Part shown: positions 26,862 through 32,000 of the stretch, in pieces
Layout of the letters: each line of letters opens with the position of its first letter
Position numbering within the stretch: the first letter of the stretch is position 1
DNA from: Aliivibrio fischeri
Lineage (GTDB): Bacteria > Pseudomonadota > Gammaproteobacteria > Enterobacterales > Vibrionaceae
Assembly: GCF_009727955.1 (NCBI RefSeq)
Contig: NZ_WOBR01000004.1
Span: forward strand, 23,849 to 55,848
Length of the DNA: 32,000 bases
Direction of reading: 5' to 3'
The notes under the pieces: generated by a model
Seen by the model: the letters and a program-made list of their open reading frames with translations, nothing else
Databases searched by the model: none
Told to the model about the DNA's origin: nothing
Translations under genes and position numbers: made by a program

Positions 26862-26970
26862 TTGCGATTCTTATTTTTCTTTTAAAATTAATGAGTTAAT
26901 CTTGCTTTTGTGACTCTACTTCAATCTGTCAGAAAACTGGAAATTGTCAGCCAAAAAAGTGACATTAATC

Positions 26971-26986
26971 TGGCTCGAAACTTGCT
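26971..26986 (+). promoter_or_regulatory. sigma54 promoter of flhA-flhF-flhG-fliA
   Basis: TGGCTCgaaacTTGCT, with GG at 26972-26973 and GC at 26983-26984. This is the best consensus match of the four sigma54 promoters. Confidence 0.8.
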
Positions 26987-27065
26987 TTAGTAGCTAAGTA
27001 ATCACGCTATTAGTCACTTATTATTTGTTTCGTAAGAAATACGAGTTTAGAAGAAGTAGAAGTTA

Positions 27066-29159
27066 ATGAAATTTCAAATTCCGCTGCCGAATAAATTATC
27101 AGCTCTACAAGGGCGAGGTATACCACCAATAGGTGTGCCAGTATTAGTTCTGTCCACTCTGGCAATGGTAATTTTACCGATTCCTGCCTTCTTACTCGAT
27201 TTAATGTTTACCTTTAACATCGCCTTAGCCATGGTGGTGTTACTTGTGACTATCTATACACGTCGTCCGTTGGATTTTGCAGCGTTCCCGACAATCCTTC
27301 TGGTTTCAACATTATTACGTCTTGCGTTGAACGTTGCATCAACTCGTGTGGTACTTTTGCATGGTCATGAAGGTCCAGGCGCTGCGGGTCACGTTATCGA
27401 CGCTTTTGGTAACGTGGTTATTGGCGGTAACTACGCAGTTGGTTTAATTGTATTCATCATCTTAATGATCATTAACTTCATGGTTGTAACCAAAGGTGCG
27501 GGCCGTATTTCTGAAGTAAGTGCACGTTTTACCTTGGATGCATTACCTGGTAAGCAAATGGCTATCGATGCCGATTTAAATGCTGGTTTGATTGACCAAG
27601 AGCAAGCACGTACTCGTCGTTTTGAAGTAACAAAAGAAGCGGACTTTTACGGTTCAATGGACGGTGCTTCTAAATTCGTAAAAGGGGATGCCATCGCTGG
27701 TATCCTTATCCTATTTATTAACATTATCGGTGGTCTTGCCATCGGTATGGCGCAATTTAACCTTGGGTTTGGTGAAGCGGTTCAAATCTATACATTGCTT
27801 ACTATTGGTGATGGCTTAGTTGCTCAAATTCCATCACTTCTTTTATCGATTGGCGCAGCTATCATGGTTACTCGCCAAAACACCGATGAAGATATGGGTG
27901 AACAACTGGTTTTCCAATTGGTTGATAATCCAAAAGCATTAATGGTAACGGCTGGTATCATGTTTGTTATGGGTATCGTTCCTGGCATGCCTCATTTTCC
28001 ATTCATCTTATTGGCATTATTAGCCGGTGGTTGGTCTTATTATTTAACTAAGAAAAAAGATCAAGAAACAGAAGAAAAGAAAGCTGCACCACCAATGGAG
28101 TTGTCTTCTTCTCAACCTAAAGAGCTGTCATGGGATGACGTTCAACCTGTTGATGTTATTGGTTTAGAAGTGGGTTATCGCTTAATCCCTATGGTAGATA
28201 AAGAGCAAGGTGGAGAGTTGCTTGATCGTGTGAAAGGGGTTCGTAAAAAGTTATCTCAAGATTTTGGTTTCTTAGTCCCTGCTGTTCATATTCGAGATAA
28301 TTTAGAATTACCGCCAAACGTATACCGAATTACTTTAATGGGCGTTGCTGGCGGTGAAGCTGAAATTCGCCCAGATAAAGAGTTAGCGATTAACCCAGGT
28401 CAGGTTTATGGCTCTATTGAGGGGGAACCAACCTTCGATCCTGCGTTTGGTTTAGAAGCGGTTTGGATCAATGAAGAGCAAAGAGAGCACGCCCAAGCAT
28501 TAGGCTATACTGTAGTAGATGCAGCAACAGTACTTGCAACGCACTTAAGCCAGCTATTAACGAATAATGCCGCTCAGCTGTTAGGTCACGAAGAAGTTCA
28601 GAACTTACTTGAGCTGTTGGCACAAAGTTCACCTAAGTTAGTTGAGGGATTGGTTCCTGATCAATTACCTCTGGGTGCGGTTGTAAAAGTGCTTCAGAAT
28701 TTATTGAATGAAGCAATTCCAATTCGCGATATTCGAACCATTGTCCAAACTTTGTCTGAATATGCGCCAAAAAGTCAAGAACCTGACATTTTGACGGCTG
28801 CTGTTCGAATTTCGTTAAAACGATTAATTGTTCAGGAAATCAATGGGATAGAGGCTGAAATGCCAGTTATTACTCTAATTCCTGAGTTGGAACAAATCTT
28901 GCATCAAACTATGCAGGCATCTGGTGGTGAGACCACTGGTATTGAGCCAGGGTTAGCAGAACGTCTGCAAGCATCATTAACTCAAGCGACTCAAGAGCAA
29001 GAGTTAAAAGGCGAAGCAGCAGTGCTGTTAACATCAGGGGTATTACGTTCGACATTAGCTAAGTTTGTGAAGAACACGATTCCAAACTTACGAGTTCTCT
29101 CTTACCAAGAGATCCCTGATGAGAAACAAATTAGAATTGTTCAAGCTGTTGGTAACTAA
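27066..29159 (+). CDS. flhA: export gate protein FlhA
   Basis: 697 aa. It has an N-terminal polytopic domain with the conserved ARFTLDALPGKQMAIDADLNAG loop, and a C-terminal cytoplasmic domain. Confidence 0.97.
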   Translation: MKFQIPLPNKLSALQGRGIPPIGVPVLVLSTLAMVILPIPAFLLDLMFTFNIALAMVVLLVTIYTRRPLDFAAFPTILLVSTLLRLALNVASTRVVLLHGHEGPGAAGHVIDAFGNVVIGGNYAVGLIVFIILMIINFMVVTKGAGRISEVSARFTLDALPGKQMAIDADLNAGLIDQEQARTRRFEVTKEADFYGSMDGASKFVKGDAIAGILILFINIIGGLAIGMAQFNLGFGEAVQIYTLLTIGDGLVAQIPSLLLSIGAAIMVTRQNTDEDMGEQLVFQLVDNPKALMVTAGIMFVMGIVPGMPHFPFILLALLAGGWSYYLTKKKDQETEEKKAAPPMELSSSQPKELSWDDVQPVDVIGLEVGYRLIPMVDKEQGGELLDRVKGVRKKLSQDFGFLVPAVHIRDNLELPPNVYRITLMGVAGGEAEIRPDKELAINPGQVYGSIEGEPTFDPAFGLEAVWINEEQREHAQALGYTVVDAATVLATHLSQLLTNNAAQLLGHEEVQNLLELLAQSSPKLVEGLVPDQLPLGAVVKVLQNLLNEAIPIRDIRTIVQTLSEYAPKSQEPDILTAAVRISLKRLIVQEINGIEAEMPVITLIPELEQILHQTMQASGGETTGIEPGLAERLQASLTQATQEQELKGEAAVLLTSGVLRSTLAKFVKNTIPNLRVLSYQEIPDEKQIRIVQAVGN

Positions 29160-29192
29160 CCGCGTCAACTTATTTAACGCAGGAATACGATA

Positions 29193-30668
29193 TTGAAAAT
29201 TAAACGATTTTTTGCAAAAGACATGCGTTCTGCTCTGGTTCAAGTAAAAGAAGAGCTAGGTGTTGACGCTGTCATTATGTCAAATAAAAAAGTAACCGGT
29301 GGTATTGAAATTGTTGCGGCTATTGATCCAGGTGCGCAATCTCAATCATTCCCAGCAGTATCACAACGTCAAGTTGAAGAAGACAAGGTGAGTGTTGGCA
29401 AAGGTTCAATGACGCGTCGTTTTGCAAATATGATCAAGCAATATGGTTCGCATGGCAGTACACCAACACAAGAGCCAGAAAAAGCTGAGCGTGAAGAGGA
29501 TAGTTTAGCAGCGCTATTACAACGTCAGTCTAAATTTCAGACTCAATCAACCAACTCGTATTCAAATTCAGCGTCTACTCCAAGATTAGATACTTCAGAA
29601 ATGACTCGTGCGATTCAAAATAATCCAAAATTAGCGCACCTTATTTCTGATGAACCAGTTCGTCACTCAACGGAGCGCGCACAACCGAAATTAGATCCAT
29701 CTCGTTATGAGAAAGGTCGTCGCTCCCATCAAGAGTCGAACGAAGAATTAGAAAACATGCGTTCTGAAATGTCATCTATTCGTCGTTTATTAGAGCATCA
29801 AGTTTCTGGCCTTATGTGGCAAGAAGTAGAGCGTCGCGAACCTCTACGAGCAATGCTGATTAAACGTTTAGAAAAAATGGGATTATCAGAAGAGCTTGCT
29901 GATCAACTTGCTTGTTATATTCCAGAAGATGTTCCAGCAAAAGATGCATGGCCTGCATTATTAAAATTACTAGCAGAGCAAATCCCAACTTCAAAAGTGG
30001 ATACGCTATCTCGTGGCGGTATTATTGCATTATTGGGTCCAACTGGTGTGGGTAAAACAACCACGATTGCTAAGTTAGCCGCTCGCGCTGCAATGGAATA
30101 TGGTCCTGACCAAGTAGCATTAGTTACAACAGATACCTTCCGTATTGGTGCTCAAGAACAATTGGCTATTTATGGCCGAATTATGGGCTGTCCGGTACGA
30201 ATTGCTAAAGATGCTGATGAATTAGCATCGGTTCTGTATCAATTACGTAATCGTCGTTTAGTGCTTGTGGATACTGCAGGTATGGGGCAACGTGATGTAC
30301 GTTTAACAGAACAGCTAGATACGATTATGGAAAACAGTGGATCACAAATTAATAGCTATCTTGTGATGCCAGCAACGGCACAACGCCGAGTACTGCAAGA
30401 AACCATTGATCACTTCAAACGCATTCCATTATCTGGTTGTATTTTAAGTAAAATCGATGAATCTCTAAGTTTAGGTGAATTAATTAGTGTAACTATAGAG
30501 AATGGTCTTCCAATCTCTTATATTGCAAATGGGCAACGTGTTCCTGAGGACATTGTTTTAGCTCAACCAAAATACTTAGTTGCAAAGGCAAATGAATTAC
30601 TAGAAAAAGCGACGGAAAAGGACCCTCATTTCTGGAATAGTGATATGCCAGAGGCGGACAATTTATGA
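29193..30668 (+). CDS. flhF: SRP-type GTPase FlhF (polar flagellar placement)
   Basis: 491 aa with a TTG start behind AGGAA. The N-terminus MKIKRFFAKDMRSAL is typical of FlhF. G-motifs GPTGVGKTTT and DTAG are present. Confidence 0.95.
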   Translation: MKIKRFFAKDMRSALVQVKEELGVDAVIMSNKKVTGGIEIVAAIDPGAQSQSFPAVSQRQVEEDKVSVGKGSMTRRFANMIKQYGSHGSTPTQEPEKAEREEDSLAALLQRQSKFQTQSTNSYSNSASTPRLDTSEMTRAIQNNPKLAHLISDEPVRHSTERAQPKLDPSRYEKGRRSHQESNEELENMRSEMSSIRRLLEHQVSGLMWQEVERREPLRAMLIKRLEKMGLSEELADQLACYIPEDVPAKDAWPALLKLLAEQIPTSKVDTLSRGGIIALLGPTGVGKTTTIAKLAARAAMEYGPDQVALVTTDTFRIGAQEQLAIYGRIMGCPVRIAKDADELASVLYQLRNRRLVLVDTAGMGQRDVRLTEQLDTIMENSGSQINSYLVMPATAQRRVLQETIDHFKRIPLSGCILSKIDESLSLGELISVTIENGLPISYIANGQRVPEDIVLAQPKYLVAKANELLEKATEKDPHFWNSDMPEADNL

Positions 30669-31555
30669 TTGATAATAATATATACGATCAGGCTAGTGGA
30701 TTACGACGCTTAACCAAACCAACATTGACCAAAGTGGTTGCTGTAACGGGTGGTAAAGGTGGCGTAGGTAAAACAAACGTAACATTAAATTTAGCATTGT
30801 CACTTGCACAGCAAGGGAAAAAAGTGATGGTGTTAGATGGCGATTTAGGCTTAGCAAATATTGATATTATGCTGGGTGTTCGTGCACATAAAAACCTAGG
30901 ACATGTTTTAGATGGTGAATGCGAATTAGCAGACATTATCGTTGAAGGTCCATATGGTGTGAGACTAATTCCTGCAACGTCAGGAACCAAATCTATGGCA
31001 GAACTGACACCAGCACAACATGCAGGATTAATTCGAGCATTCAGCAGTTTAGAAGAAGAAGTAGATATTCTTTTAATCGATACTGCTGCTGGCATCTCTG
31101 ATATGGTGACCAGTTTTTCTCGTGCGGCTCAAGATGTTTTAGTTGTGGTGTGTGATGAACCAACGTCAATCACCGATGCATATGCATTAATAAAACTTTT
31201 AAGTCGTGAGCATAATGTTCAACGATTCAAAATTGTTGCCAACATGGTAAGAAGTTACCGTGAAGGTCGTGAATTATTTGCGAAACTAACGCTAGTAACG
31301 GATCGCTTTTTATCTGCAAATATGGAATTAGTGGCTTGTATTCCATTAGATGAAAAAGTGCGTCTGTCAGTTAGAAAACAAAAAGTCGTTGTGGATGCAT
31401 ATCCACGCTCTCCAGCAGCGTTAGCAATGAAATCTCTAGCAAACAAAGTGGTAACTTGGCCTGTACCTAAGGCACCAAGTGGTCATTTAGAGTTTTTCGT
31501 AGAAAAGCTATTACGCAATGAAAAAACAAGTGAAATTGAGGACGATTATGTCTGA
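30665..31555 (+). CDS. flhG: MinD-like ATPase FlhG (FleN; flagellar number control)
   Basis: 296 aa. The deviant Walker A GGKGGVGKT is present. ATGA overlaps the flhF stop. Confidence 0.95.
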   Translation: MIDNNIYDQASGLRRLTKPTLTKVVAVTGGKGGVGKTNVTLNLALSLAQQGKKVMVLDGDLGLANIDIMLGVRAHKNLGHVLDGECELADIIVEGPYGVRLIPATSGTKSMAELTPAQHAGLIRAFSSLEEEVDILLIDTAAGISDMVTSFSRAAQDVLVVVCDEPTSITDAYALIKLLSREHNVQRFKIVANMVRSYREGRELFAKLTLVTDRFLSANMELVACIPLDEKVRLSVRKQKVVVDAYPRSPAALAMKSLANKVVTWPVPKAPSGHLEFFVEKLLRNEKTSEIEDDYV

Positions 31556-32000
31556 TGGCTTAACTTATGATCATAAAGGCAATGTAAACAGTCAGAAGGC
31601 GTTTTTAGAACGTTATTCTGATCTGGTTAAACGTATTGCTCATCATTTAATGGCGAGATTGCCAGCAAGTGTATTAGTAGATGATCTGATTCAAGCTGGC
31701 ATGATTGGTTTATTAGAAGCCCAGCAAAATTATGATGGCAGTAAAGGCGCAAGTTTTGAAACCTATGCTGGGATTCGAATTAGAGGCTCTATGTTGGATG
31801 AAATTCGACGTGGAGATTGGGTTCCTCGCTCAGTACATAAGAACAGTCGGATGATTAATTCGGCAATTAGAGAACTTGAAGCTAAACTTTCTCGCGATCC
31901 GACCGATAAAGAGATAGCAGACTATCTAGAATTACCGTTAGATCAATATTATCAGATACTTAATGATGTAAATTGCGGTAAACTAGTTGGTATGGAAGAT
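31548..32000 (+). CDS. fliA: flagellar sigma factor FliA (sigma28), 5' partial, continues past the window end
   Basis: Not in the ORF track because no stop codon falls in the window. I translated it by hand from the ATG at 31548: MSDGLTYDHKGNVNSQKAFLERYSDLVKRIAHHLMARLPASVLVDDLIQAGMIGLLEAQQNYDGSKGASFETYAGIRIRGSMLDEIRRGDWVPRSVH... This is sigma70 region 2 of the FliA type. It overlaps flhG by 8 nt. Confidence 0.9.
   Translation, partial: MSDGLTYDHKGNVNSQKAFLERYSDLVKRIAHHLMARLPASVLVDDLIQAGMIGLLEAQQNYDGSKGASFETYAGIRIRGSMLDEIRRGDWVPRSVHKNSRMINSAIRELEAKLSRDPTDKEIADYLELPLDQYYQILNDVNCGKLVGMED

Noticed and set aside
1-32000. A search for mobile elements, CRISPR arrays, integrases or transposases, toxin-antitoxin pairs, a defence or secretion island, or any multi-gene module of unknown function.
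   Set aside because: Every substantial non-shadow ORF is assignable to the polar flagellar regulon or, in one case, to a PilZ effector. The only large repeats are the paralogous flagellin genes. No short regularly spaced repeats, terminal inverted repeats or tRNA/att-like junctions were seen. The window looks like conserved core flagellar DNA rather than an accessory island.

Overview
This window is a near-complete, co-directional polar flagellar gene cluster of the Vibrionaceae type (region II). Low GC content and the Vibrio-style flaG-fliD-flaI-fliS-flrABC order suggest an Aliivibrio, Photobacterium or Vibrio-like genome. Species cannot be assigned from the sequence alone.

Gene order on the + strand:
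- four tandem flagellin paralogs
- flaG-fliD-flaI-fliS
- the master regulator flrA and the two-component pair flrBC
- fliEFGHIJ and fliKLMNOPQR-flhB
- one minus-strand YcgR-like PilZ gene
- flhA-flhF-flhG and the 5' part of fliA, which runs off the window and is missing from the ORF track

Readable regulatory signals:
- sigma28-like promoters before flagellins 1-3
- sigma54 -24/-12 promoters before flrB, fliE, fliK and flhA
- an extended -10 sigma70 promoter before flrA
- rho-independent terminators after flagellins 1, 2 and 4

Five ORF-track starts look too long: flagellin 2, flagellin 4, flrB, fliL and fliO. I re-called each from SD spacing, promoter position or the conserved N-terminus.

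I see no mobile element, CRISPR array, defence island or unassignable multi-gene module, so I do not think this window holds a new biological system.

Observations worth a second look are mostly regulatory and small-scale:
- the antisense c-di-GMP effector gene that splits flhB from flhA
- a sigma54 promoter buried inside a terminator-like hairpin
- a FleQ-box-like palindrome in the fliE leader
- a perfect 13-bp hairpin inside the fliEFGHIJ operon
- GGA-rich structured flagellin leaders
- a codon-bias gradient across the flagellin paralogs
- a charged insertion in FliD
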